From: Ylistrum balloti
Taxonomy: Eukaryota
Assembly (NCBI RefSeq): GCF_031769215.1
Contig: NW_026782366.1
Location: 992,001-1,056,000 of the forward strand
Reading direction: 5' to 3'
DNA: 64,000 nucleotides
Shown here: one piece after another, positions 40,501 to 52,864 of the stretch
How positions within the stretch are numbered: position 1 is the first letter of the stretch
Layout: the number at the start of each line of letters is the position of its first letter
Program-made: the position numbers and the translations under genes
The notes under the pieces: model-generated
Seen by the model: the letters and a program-made list of their open reading frames with translations, nothing else
Databases searched by the model: none
What the model was told of the DNA's origin: nothing

Positions 40501-43500
40501 ATCCTAATCTAAGTAGGTAACATGTAAGTGTTACTGTTGGAAGCAATCGTTTTTCATTCGAATTACTGTAACAACCACAACAATTTCAGAGCGATATATC
40601 TCAGTCGAGGGCTAACATTCTGTAGCGAGGTCAGACACCGAGATGAATCCGTCGGAATCCGTCGGAAACATATACATGTATTAGGGTTTTTTTTTTTTTA
40701 CCAAAACCGCTAGTCTGCATATCCAAATTCTTGTTTGGACTAAATTACTCCCCTTTTCGCCTATAGGTCAGAGAGATAACTGGATATAATGACATGTTCG
40801 TTATGACATCACTAAATGTCACGTAAAAGTACCACACAGATTGGGTGAGACACAAAAATTATAACACTGAGAGCAAGAAAACCGATAAATTTCAATGACG
40901 AACTATGAAGATGAATTTTTCTTAATTCATAACTGTACACGTATTCATTCTGAATAAAAGTAATTATTTTCTTGTTTTGTTGCGAGGAAGCCCTCTTCGT
41001 TGAAATAAAATTGCCGGCAAATTGTTTTACAAAAGATCAGATGTTTCATCATTATAATCATAAGAATACAAAACACATAATAAATCATACCAATACATAC
41101 AATCATCGCAAATTGTTTAATATAATGAAGAATTATCAGTTTTGTCTTTTAACGGCAACAGAGGGATGTGCCACTGGGAAATACTTCGACTCTACGGTAG
41201 ATGATTGTGTGGTATGTCCAATTGGGACGTACCAGGACGAAAGTCACCAGACTACATGTAAACCATGTCCGTCTGACATGTCTACTAAGGAGACGAGACG
41301 GAAGAATATAACAGACTGTTTTCGTAAGTTTGTAATGGTGCACATGATAAGTAGAAATAATGCACAATGCAGTCGTTCTTAATTAATAAACATTCAAAGA
41401 AATCATATGATAAAACCTTATACATGTATCTGTTTAAAATGGTTTGGGCATTCAAGAAAATAAACCTTTTTCACGTTTCTTTTGTATGACTTGTCTTGAA
41501 AAAATAATATAGGGTGATTTTATGGAGGCAGTGGTTTTCTTAGATATGTAATTCATGTTTGTTTGAAATATCCATTTTCTTTCAACCGATTCAGATCCTC
41601 GTATACAATGCGACAAGGCAATGTATAGACCTTTAATCTATTTCATATATGTTCGTTAAGTAGTACAACATTTACTAAGTAAGCACATTACCTGTAATTC
41701 TAATTTAAGTAAATTTGGGTTACCTCTTCTATTTTTATAGCCAGGTAATTAAAATTAATATTACTCTAAAAAAATCGTTGATTTTAACTCCTTTATTTTG
41801 CTAACGTTAGTCTGAGGTAGTTTTTTGGTCCTGCTTTTGACGTGTCACTAAACGGCACTCAATGCTACTGAATATATTATTTTGACATACCATATCTGTT
41901 AGTTTACAAACATACTCAATACATCACACACAAGTTGAAAATCATGATACCTCCGATAATATACACACATGTGACCGCTAATGATAAAAATAAACCATGT
42001 TATTGGGAACACATTCCAAGTTATGGACATCAATTTGCGACAAATTAAGAATATAATGTTATAAATTACTGACGCGTTATGTTTCCAGAGGTCTGTAATG
42101 CTGGCACCTACTCAAACAACGGAGTTATTCCTTGTACCAGCTGTGCCATTGGGACGTATCAGTCGGCAAAACACAGCACTGAATGTCAACAGTGTGACGT
42201 GGCTTTAACAACCGTCAACCGAGGAGCACAGTCTTCGTCTGAATGTATCGGTAAAGATTGTTGAATGACCAGATAAGGCAAAAACAACCATATAATAAGA
42301 TCATTTTCAGGAACAAATTATCCTACTCAAAAACGTTTCAAAATACATTTGATAATTAACTAACTAATCAATTCAAAGATATAAATCGATGTATTTCAGT
42401 TCACAGGATAGACATGAATGGGTCTAACGCTGACAAGGCTCTAAATGGAATAACACAATCTTTATTTTATAGGGTTCGACTTGATATTGGGATCAACTGG
42501 AGGAAAAGTCACATTACCGAGGTTAACTTCCTCGCTGAATGCTTTCTCAATGATGTTCTGGCTTAAGTGTCCTTTCGGAAATATCACAAGGCCTGCCATT
42601 CATTTTGTAGATAATGTACCTAATGTGGACGTTTTTCAGATCACCGACTCGCATATGCTTGAAGTGTTCGGGTAATATATTTATTTAGATATTCCCTACT
42701 TTCAAATTTTCTTCAAAGATTAAAATCTGATTCCTTTACTTTTAAGAGAAAAAATGTATCTTTAAAACAAACTAAATGGGAAACTTTCTAGTCACAGCAA
42801 AAGTATTTTAATTTTGGAAGTTGTAAAAAGGTTAATGAAAAGGGTACTTGGCAAATAATCTATGAAGAATTTGTTGAAAATGGTTTCACGTTTTCATTCT
42901 GGTTAGATTAGGTCAATTAATTCACTAAATCATATTTCCAAACGTCAGTACTTTCAGTGAAAATATTGATATGCCTGCAAACCAATAACTGATGTTGAAT
43001 TTCCACTACTTCAAACATCGCATGTTAAGCCAAAGTTGTATTGAGAATGCTTTCATCTAGATTTTATGTTTAATCTGCTCATCTTTGTGTAATGCATTGG
43101 GGTTCAAATATGAGGTAGATTCTAAAGAATTATATAACTCTGTCACAGTGCTGGCCTCGGTAACTTTAATTCATTTATTTATTCAATGAAAGTATAGATT
43201 TAATTTGATCCACGGTAAATTTCTATTGTTTCTTAAACATCTTTTAGAATTAGACACAGTATTGCCAAATTATGATCGAACTGCTTTTCACAACCTTTCG
43301 CTTTCGTTTAAGACAGTGTTGCTAAGAGGCAGTTACCAACTAAGACAACTAAATTTTGTGGAATTTAAACATCATATTCCAATTACATTTTTTTTATCTG
43401 GATGCAAATTATTTTCTATGTTATCAAGATCCTCGTATTCCGTTGCTTTTGATACCTGGACACACGTAACAATGAGATGGGAAGAGACAGCCGGAATAGT

Positions 43501-46500
43501 AGACCTGCTGATTAATGGAGTCAATAAGGCGTCTGTAACTTTCACAGAGAACACAGTAACAGCTGGAACCAGTATCGAGATAACTTCACACAACGGTTAT
43601 AATGCTGGTAGGTACACTGATTACATGAGAATCGTAAAGCTTGTTAGGAAAACCAAAGATTAACATTGCATGCACCAATCTGCCACTGAAATACTCATTT
43701 TGTAATGTTTTGAACAGTATGCGTAAATAGCGAAAGGAAATATATATTATTGTTATTTTGGAGTACTTAAAATATATATTAGAAGAAATCGAACCAAACC
43801 TATATTCTGAAGAGATTGCTACATTGCAATGATTCGTAGAAACAAGGAAAATGATAAAAGGACATCCTAAATATCATCTTTTAGTTTTTAACATATCTTT
43901 TACTTAATAACGTATAAAAGTAGATTTTTCGCCGTGAATTATTTTTATTAAGATTGAAGATACTGTTTAGAGATGTTTGGTAATCATACATGTTACAGAC
44001 TGCAGGCTATCGGGGTTTTGGATGACTGATACGAAAAGAGCTGATGCTGAATTACAAGATGACTTGATCACTTGCACGTCAGATTCCACTGCTAGTGCTA
44101 TCTACAACATGGATGATATTAAACGCCAGAATGGAGTTCTCCTAGACATTCCCTCTAAATGTGACGGTAGGTATGAGATACCGATCGTAGTATTCGTTAT
44201 CGTGTGACTTTGATCTGGTGGTTACATCACATCGGTCGATATCAAGATAGTGCTTTATCTTATACACATTTAACAAAATACATCTTATTGAGATTATGGG
44301 ATATAGCTTTGCCTTTACAAAGCACTGTATAATTATAAAATAAACACAGAAGCAAGTGTGTAATGTCACATACTACAAATTACACAACTATCACAAAATT
44401 CACCCAAAGACAATATTCTAAACATGATATATTTCTGTTTGACAGACTGATATTTTACCATTACGTATGTTATTAATATATGTTTTGTTTAACTGAGACA
44501 CATCATGAACAACATGTATTATATATCAATATGTACTAAACCATTGAGGCCTACGAATACATGCCCTAATGTTCTAGATAATTGTTTAGTCACTTATCAC
44601 CTCATACCTTGTGATCCAAATGATAATTGTGTTTTTGCAGCTGTTGATGAATGCGCCAGTAATCCTTGTGGAGTTCATGAATGTGAAAATCTTTTGAACT
44701 CCTACGCTTGTTCTTGTGTTGGCGGTTACACGGGCAGCAACTGTGATACTCCGCCTGATTTCTGTCTGGATAATGCTTGTGAAAATGGAGCTGTATGTTT
44801 AAATCAAGCTTGGAACTATACATGTCAATGCCTTGGTGACTTCAAGGGAGAACTTTGCGAAGAATTGATAGGTGAAGCATTTGAGGTTAAATTTAACTTT
44901 GTCAAGTGTACTGTTTACCTTACCTTTGTCCAGTAAGGAAATATCAATTTTCTCTGAGTCAGTGAAAACGTCCTTTCTGGTGTATCTGGCTTCATTACTA
45001 ACTCGAATTTACCAAGATTTACATTGGTGTCGTCGATGAAGCAGAAGACACCTACTCCTGAGGAACACCTGGTCTTATTATCCTTGTGTTTTTTTCCCAG
45101 GAGCCCCGTGTAAATGTTTCTTTTGTTTTGTTGCATTGGATTTAGGATTATGATTATGATCTTGTTGACATGTTGCTACTTTTTACTATTTTTATTAACA
45201 AGTTCTTAATGATAATTATATCGACTGACGTGTTTATATCACAGATATTTGTAACATATTCGTGTAACGATGTAACATGTGTAACGATTGACAATATAAA
45301 CTTATGAATTAAATATAGCATGTTTAATTAAACAGTACATGGACAATGGGCTGAATGGGGAGACTGGACACCGTGTAATGCTACGTGCAATGTTGGGCAA
45401 CAAACTAGAATTCGTACCTGTTCCAATCCCCCACCAGGACCAGATGGAAATAATTGCACCGGAAATGATCAGGAGATTCAAGCATGTAATACAGAACAAT
45501 GCCCCTGTGAGTCTTGGTAAATTTTATATAACTCTTAGATAAATGAAAATTTCTAAGTTTACTAATGCGTTATTGGTACATTTGTTTATTGGTCGCTCAG
45601 TTTAGTCTCTAGGAGTAAGGCTTCACCAATTTCACTTGCGAAATGTAAACATAATAGATTGGAGATGCAAGATTATTGCTATCCAGAAATGGAAAATGCA
45701 CAATAGGGAATTCGAAACCATCACGCTTACCAAACGGCTTTATGGAAGGCTGTCCTAGTTGGTTTCGTTGTAGGAAAAGACAGAGGATAACTAATGTAGG
45801 AAAGACTGTTGTGATCTTGGTTTCAAAATCTGGCGGACATGGTCAATAAGTATCTTGTTATTTAACGACAAAACGTAAACAAAATATATCTGAACGTGAA
45901 AGCTATATCGCTAAACAGTGATATATTTGTATCAAACAGCGTGTGAACCTATCGCATTTATACTGCTGAAAGCTAGGAAGGTCATTACGGATCACTGTGA
46001 CACAGTTGATGACTACATCAGATGCAACCTAACATGTGAAGCTGGCTATGACTTCAGCAATCAGCCTTTGGACTATTATGAATGCGGAGGAAACACATCT
46101 TATGAATGGAACGGGTACCCACCAAGCTGTGGACGTAAGTGTTTGTTGTATTCCCATTTTTAATTGTGAGTACTGTATTTTGTCATTGTTTTCAAGATGG
46201 AATGAAAATAAAATCGTACAAATGAATATAATGAAGAAATAGAATAATATGTAGTCCAAGTGATGGTTACGTGAAGAATAACGCCTTTTAGTATGAAGCA
46301 TTTGGTAAACTCGTTTAAATTTGGAACAATGCGTATTGCTTATATAATTTAATTATTAAGATATAATAAATACAAAATTCAGTCTGGTGCACCTCCTCAT
46401 TTAGAATTCGACATGTCCTTCAGTCATATGACAACCTAGCTCCTTAGCATCACTTATGAGTCCTAGAAGGGCGAAACAGCTGTATGATGCAATCTAACTC

Positions 46501-49500
46501 ACGAAGTTGTTCTATATAATTCTAAATCAATATCAAAAAGTGTTACTTACTTGTGTGTTTTTGTGCAGTTTATACCGATTTATATGAGATATGTACATTT
46601 TCATCCGCCGAATTGCAGTCCATAAAAGTGAAACTGGAATATACTATTGGCTGAAACTAGTTTCCGTTTCCTTTAGGTATTAGAGGTGGCAGAAGCTTTA
46701 ATATCAAAGCCTCCGTGAGATACACTGATACGCTAACATGCGGTTCCTCAACAAATACAGCTCTAATGGCGAATGCAGGGAACGCGCCATGTGTGGTTGA
46801 CAGTACATGTAATGTCACCATTACTACGGACACTTGTCATAAAAGGAAACGCAAGAGCGCGATCGGAACGACAGTAGAGATGTCGTTCGTGTTTAATCTA
46901 GAAAAGATAGGAGATTTAAACGTCACAGCGTTCATCGAGTCGAATATCAGTGAGTTTATTTCTCAGTACATTACATGTAAACGTTCGTTACACAAAAGTT
47001 ATTTGATTGCCTTGCTGCCGTACAAACTGAAAACTTTAAATAATTATTACATGAATTTCATTCAAAAGTATATACAAACATAACCATGACTAGAAATGTT
47101 TGTTTCACTTTAAGAATTAAGATACATGTATTTTGTATTGTGGTATGTAATATTCGTTTTGCACATAAATAAAAAAGTGGTTTAAATGTGAATAATACAA
47201 TTTATCATGTTTGCTATTCGACCTAATTTAATTTTTCTATCAGTAAGCTCAGAACTGCAGGCTTACCTTGCTATACTGGAGGATTATGAAGATACAGACG
47301 ACCTAATTAACAGCACGTCCGAGGCATTTTTCAACGTAATTATCAACGGCAATACTTACACAATTGATCCCGATACCCTCGTGATTGACAGTCACACAGC
47401 CTGTGAAAACGGAAGTGTAGACTTTGATGGTGGTTGTGGTAAGTCTTGTACACTGGTTATTTTTTCACTTTGATTCTTTTATTTCGAGATAATGAATGCA
47501 TCCTTTATCATTATTTTGATAAATTTAACATAACTAGTTAGTTTTCATTTGTTTAACATTTACAAAAATACTTACATTTCAACACAATTTCAATCTCAAG
47601 ATGTATGTAATATACAAGAACAAAACGACATGACAGCTTTCGAAGTACAACGAGAATAAAGACATCATGTTCCGGAAAGGGACGCGTCTATTACTTCATC
47701 GACGACAGATATCCTATGAATCATGATTAATCTTGTTAGTAAGAAATGTTAAGTTCGGAAATGAAAACTTGTTTAACAGCAACGAAAAGCAAGGCATCGA
47801 ATTTATCCAGCTACATATCAACAGTAAACTTCTCCGTCGTCATCATCGATCTGCATGTGGAGTACGTTTATCTGCAAGTGATCGAAATTCAAACGGCCGG
47901 GTGAAGAATTTTTCAACATGCTTGAAATGGTCATGTTTATCTCAATCGGTTACAAATAACTGTTGAATTATTTCGGTCAGATTGACAATAATATTTCAGT
48001 ATCGGTGATCGATATGTCACAAATCATTTAATAGAACAACCTCTGTTAAAGAATACACTATTTAACACTGATGTAAAATGGATGGACACCATATGTCTTG
48101 TGATTGATTATCGACCCATGTCTTGTTGACATAAATGCATGCACAGAATTACTTAAAATGGTGTCAATAAACGGAAATGTGTACATTTCTTCAGGAACAT
48201 GATTATACTTTCAGTTGAATGCCCGGTCGGAACAAGACAAGATGGAGTATGGTGTGTGTTTTGCGACTTTGGCACATACCAGAATGAGTCTGGACAATCG
48301 GTGTGTAAGCAGTGTCCAACTGGTTATACGACTGAATTCGTGGGGATGATAGAGGAAGAGAATTGTTCTAGTAAGTGGTGGTCACTAAATAGCAATTAGA
48401 TACAAAAAATGTCTGATGTCATGTTTCTATAGTCTTATCGAGAAGATATTCGTATCATAAACAAAACAAAACAAAACAAAAGTGTGTGTCTTTCAACGTT
48501 GATAACTGTTCCTATTGTACACCAGCATTTAGATCATCTGCAATTTTATCATTGTCATTGAGAAAAATCTGTAGCTTCTTTGTAACTTACTTAAGTGCAA
48601 AAACAACCGGGTACTGGTAGTCCTTTAGGCTTTAAAACTGTAATGTAACATATTGTATGCCAACATTAAGGTTCCAAATTATAAAGCAATGTGTCATATA
48701 CACTAGTATGTGGTGATCAGCAAATTGAATATCTCATTTATATAAGTGTGTTTAGATATAGAGATGGAGTGTGCCATAACATATATTCCACTTCGTTTTA
48801 AAGTAACTGTCGTAACAACTACATCAGCCATATCAACAACGTCCACTACCTCATCAGTGGCTTCTGCAGTGACGTCCACAACAACGACAACCACGCCCAT
48901 AACCACGACAGCACCGTCCACAACTACGACAACCACGCCAATAACTACAACAACCACACCCACAACTATATCAACTACACCAGCTACTGTGACTACCTCA
49001 CCCGAAACTACCACGAGCACGTTGATGTCTTCAAAACAGACATCAACTACACCATCTGAAAAGACTTCAGTTACAAGAGACAGGGCTCCGAATCTGAACT
49101 ATTCCCATACGGAAGAGTCTTTGAGTAATAATTTTATAAGATTCTCGTCGCTAAATAACATTCTTTTATTAGTACGAGATACTGTTGAACAAGGATCCAT
49201 TAATGTAAAATTAGTCCTTTTAGAAACATATTTAATTTGATAGAATAAACCTTCCTTTTTGGGATTGCGTTTCCTTGTTTCTCTCGAATTTGAATAGAAA
49301 TATTGTCTTCTGTTTTTGTGTTCTGTTGTAGGTTTACCAGTTGTAGCCATTATAGGGTCACTGATTGCTGTCCTGGTGTTAATAATCGTTGCCTTGACAG
49401 GGATTTTCATGTATAGACACCGACTGTCCGTCAGGTAACAACGTCCTTAGAAATATCATCAGCATAAAGAAACCTTGCTGTGGAAGTACGATTCTCCAGA

Positions 49501-50025
49501 AACAAACAGCCTTGGAGTTTGATGTTAAATAAGCTTTCACATGCTGAATTATATATATATTATTTAATTTATTTCTGAAACACAATTGGTAACAAACACA
49601 AAAGATGAAAATCATACTGGGAACCATTAACTTTGAATCAGACATATCATATAATTAATATGAAAACATTGAACATAAATACAAGAATTTAAGTTGAATG
49701 TGATGGTCCGTTTATTTTTATCACTGCTAATATAACCTTAGCTTCTTAACCCGAAGTATCCACAAAACATGTTTAGGTCTGCATACGCCAAATAAGCAAA
49801 TATTTTATTTTGATTTCTTACAGAGCACAGCCACCGGAAACCCGACAAATTCAAGACATTCATTTGAATATTAGAATGCATTCCAATATTCCAAATACTA
49901 CTTCAGATGTCGATCAGGGATTACCTCCCCATTACCTTGCTCGTCCATTACCATCCATAGAGAAGGGAGGATTGCCATCTGCACCAATTTGTATTACGCC
50001 TACACCATATAAGTCTGATTTTTGA
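31544..50025 (+). CDS. Gene C: complete ~1599-aa type I membrane protein, SVEP1/Uninflatable-like. Order: signal peptide, degenerate sushi-like, R7, HYR, 2 sushi, HYR, 2 sushi, SEA-like with RKKR, 2 GCC2/GCC3, pentraxin/LamG-like, 2 Ca-EGF, TSP1, sushi-like, SEA-like with RKRK, GCC2/GCC3, Thr-rich stalk, TM, short tail
   Basis: Exons 31544-31621, 32664-32841, 33593-33758, 34489-34613, 36180-36368, 36660-36839, 37809-38063, 38757-38969, 39283-39465, 39619-39777, 39945-40301, 41162-41323, 42089-42250, 42473-42671, 43429-43607, 43999-44166, 44641-44871, 45336-45506, 45940-46134, 46677-46949, 47244-47438, 48215-48370, 48804-49124, 49332-49434, 49824-50025 total 4800 nt, all GT-AG with consistent phases. 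Signal MLLIFIGLLCLSGTHG; TM GLPVVAIIGSLIAVLVLIIVALTGIFMY followed by RHR. The donor at 49124 is the least certain. Confidence 0.88.
32228..32400 (-). mobile_element. Degenerate Penelope-like reverse transcriptase fragment in gene C intron 1
   Basis: A minus frame reads DGVEIKWTFGRESLENFICFANEFHVTIKFTADISGDSTVN, matching the PLE RT motif DDIF.IWTHG.E.L..F...LN.FHPTIKFT.E.S...VNF. The catalytic YxDD is disrupted. Confidence 0.75.
34890..35900 (+). repeat. 36-bp minisatellite (about 28 units) in gene C intron 4
   Basis: Unit tacaaggataacactaggaattctaaacg(ttta/ggta)(a/g)aa. Confidence 0.97.
39025..39110 (+). repeat. G-rich purine tract in gene C intron 8
   Basis: Many G3-G6 runs, with the motif ggggagagaagggtggggagggg present twice. 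Confidence 0.85.
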
Positions 50026-51619
50026 GACTTAAAAGTGTCATATTAGGTATTTGAAAAAGGCTACCAGTTTGTAAGTAATACACCTATACCTGTGGCATCG
50101 ATATGACATAAGTTTGATTTTTGAGACTCAAAAGTGTAATATTAGGAATCTGACGTCTTGTGGGATGATTTTGCCTCGAAATTTAGGAGATACGACATTC
50201 TTTTCCATGGATGCCTAAAAGAAACGCCGCCAGGTTGGTCAGTATTAGACGAACACACTAACTCAACACCAACCAGCTATTCGTCTGTGCTCCTCGCCGT
50301 TATTTTGGACGACAGCGTACTTGTTGTGCTGTAACCACAGTATAATGAAAGTTTATTAATTGAATGCTGGATTTCTGTTCTATATATACGACCTACAGTG
50401 TATATATGGTATCACAATATGTGTGCTTCTTCGCCTGTATATAGGAGTAAACAACTGTATGTTATCAGACTAAACAATTGTACATAGTGGATTTCGTTCT
50501 ACCTGAGGGTGTCCTTGGCTATTTTAACATCATGTTGTATTCTTTTACTTACCATATTTTATATTTTTGTAATTAACATTTCTTTATAAAAACAAAAAGA
50601 TTTATTGGGTTGTTTTTTCAATAAAATTGTCAGCTAAAAATCTGTTTTTGTGAGGCTTTTTTCAGTGTTACTTTTGTACTAAAGGTTGCTATGAATGTGT
50701 ATGAATGATCTCTCTCGTGAGCAACAGGATTTTATCACATTAAATAAAAGTAGGTAGTATTTGTAGCACCTTGAGTGACTACCCATGCAATAGGATTGAA
50801 AATTGAAAAGGTCCGTGGGGCCTGTGCTACGACTCATTTAGTGTTGTAACCATAGGAGTATGACAGGGTTGTTTATCTGAAAAGAGTATTAAAACCATAG
50901 CGTACATTACCATATGATATACTGTTTGATTAACGACGACAAGTTTTACAATATGGTGGTAAATATGCGTGAGAATATTTCAAAAATGAAAAAAAAATTG
51001 TTTCAAAATTGAAAAAGTATTATTTTGTTTTGTATATTTTTGTTTTACATTTTTCGGGTAAGACAATGTTTCAAAGAAATTGTAGTTTGAGTACACCAGA
51101 AATCGTTTTATATAATTTGGTCCTTTTTTGTAAGAACATTTGGTGAACATTTCAGGAAAATCGAGAACCGTTGAAAGTGTCATTTAAAAGCCAAAAGATT
51201 GATATTTCAATTTTAGTAAGTTAAGTTGAGGTTCGACGGGTAAATGGCGCCTTCCGATACAGATTTAGAACTAGTAACAGTATCAACTGTTTTGTCTTTC
51301 TAGGACTTGTTAGTGACGCAAAGGACAGAAATTGTTGAAACCTAAGAAGTAACAGAGGAAAATCAATATTGGCAGAAGGGTTATGCGTGTGAAAAGGAGC
51401 TGTATATATAAAAGAATAAAATAGAATAACAGAGACAAATAATGAATTGAACTACATCATGTTACTGAGCTGTTTTGGAATGAAATAATGTATGCTAATA
51501 AGTGGTCGAGATGTATTTACCCTGACAAATCTTTGTTTCCTTTCAAGTAAAAAGAAAATCTCAGCCGATATAAATCACAGAAATTCCCTATTTTGCAAGT
51601 TTATATATTGAGTGTAGAT

Positions 51620-52630
51620 GAAAAACTTTATCAAATGCTTTAATAAAATCACACAAAATAGCATCGACACATCCACCTCTATCCAAACTTTCTGTCCACT
51701 CATCAATAACATTTAGAAGCGTAGATCTGCCATCAATGAATCCCAGTTCTCATATGGTTCATAATTTCTACTCCATTATCTTCAACGCAACGCTGGTAAG
51801 ACAGAAGGACCAATGATTAAAAAGCATCCTTGTGGTCTCCTTTTAAAAATATAGCCGGTTATGTTGGGACATCTCCAGTCTTCTGGTAGTTTCTCTGTAT
51901 TTAAGAATGTTTAGAATATCAACGAAGACGGATAACATCTACTATCGCATCTTTCTTTCAGTACTCTAACATCAATCATATCTGCTCCTGAAAATTTTGC
52001 AGATTCCAAGTAGTTAGGTTCCCATATTTACCGGAGTAATATCGAGTCTGGAATATGGTTCGTCGTTTAGTTTTTCAATCTTGTGCATTGCTTCCTCCGA
52101 GTCTCTAATGAACACGGTCTGAAGGAAGTTCGCGGGAATGTTAGCTTTTTCTAGATCAAATACAGCTATGTCTTCTTATTTAATGTTTAATCAGATTAGA
52201 AATATTTGGCTTTGTTTTAGATTTTGCATATCGCTAGATCTTTTAACTTGTAGCGCTATTTGAATTTCATGCAATTAAACAATCTTTCTAATTATTGTCC
52301 TTATTTGGTCATTAACTTTACAATATTCTTTGAATACCTCTTGATTCCCAGTCCATAAATATTATCTCCATAACTTACTCTTTCTTTTAAAATTTGATAA
52401 TGCTTGTCAAGGGGAGTTTTACAATTACGGCCCCCGGATTTCCGTCCTGGTTTATCAGTTTACCCGGAAAAATTTTTTTTGTACACATTGCTTCAGTTTC
52501 TTTCCTAAAAAGGTGCCATTGAATTTCCACATTCATATTCCAGTTTAAAAAATACTCTTGCAATATATTAAATTTTGCCGACAGTTCAAGGTAATTTCCT
52601 TTGTCATACCACCGTGAATATAACACATAC
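51620..52630 (-). mobile_element. Degenerate CR1-type LINE ORF2 fragment (linker to N-terminal half of RT)
   Basis: Minus frames give YDKGNY..L...W...VEIQWHLF, KLPEDWRCPNIT and GRSTLLNVIDEWTESLDRGGCVDAILCDFIKAFDKVFH, with stops and frameshifts. Confidence 0.85.
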
Positions 52631-52758
52631 GAATGATTTGCATGGGATGTGCATTAATGACAAGACTAGGTAATCGCAAAATGAAAGCAAAATTCAGATA
52701 GAAGTGGTGAATTGTGATCGGTTACGACTCAAGAGTTCGAAGCTCACCTGGGATATTT

Positions 52759-52762
<4 letters not shown>

Positions 52763-52790
<28 letters not shown>
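52763..52790 (+). repeat. (TA)n microsatellite
   Basis: Read directly. Confidence 0.95.
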
Positions 52791-52864
52791 GCAGCTCAAT
52801 GAAGGCGGAGATGATGAGTCTCTCCACTGAATTTTACTTTAAATTTTAAAATTAGCTTACCACA

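Noticed and set aside
45030-45150. Possible SINE/LINE 3' tail (gaagacacctactcctgaggaacacctggtc)
   Set aside because: It resembles a common mollusc repeat tail but is too short and degenerate to call without a library.
48703-49020. Val-rich minus-strand ORF
   Set aside because: Antisense shadow of the Thr-rich stalk exon of gene C.
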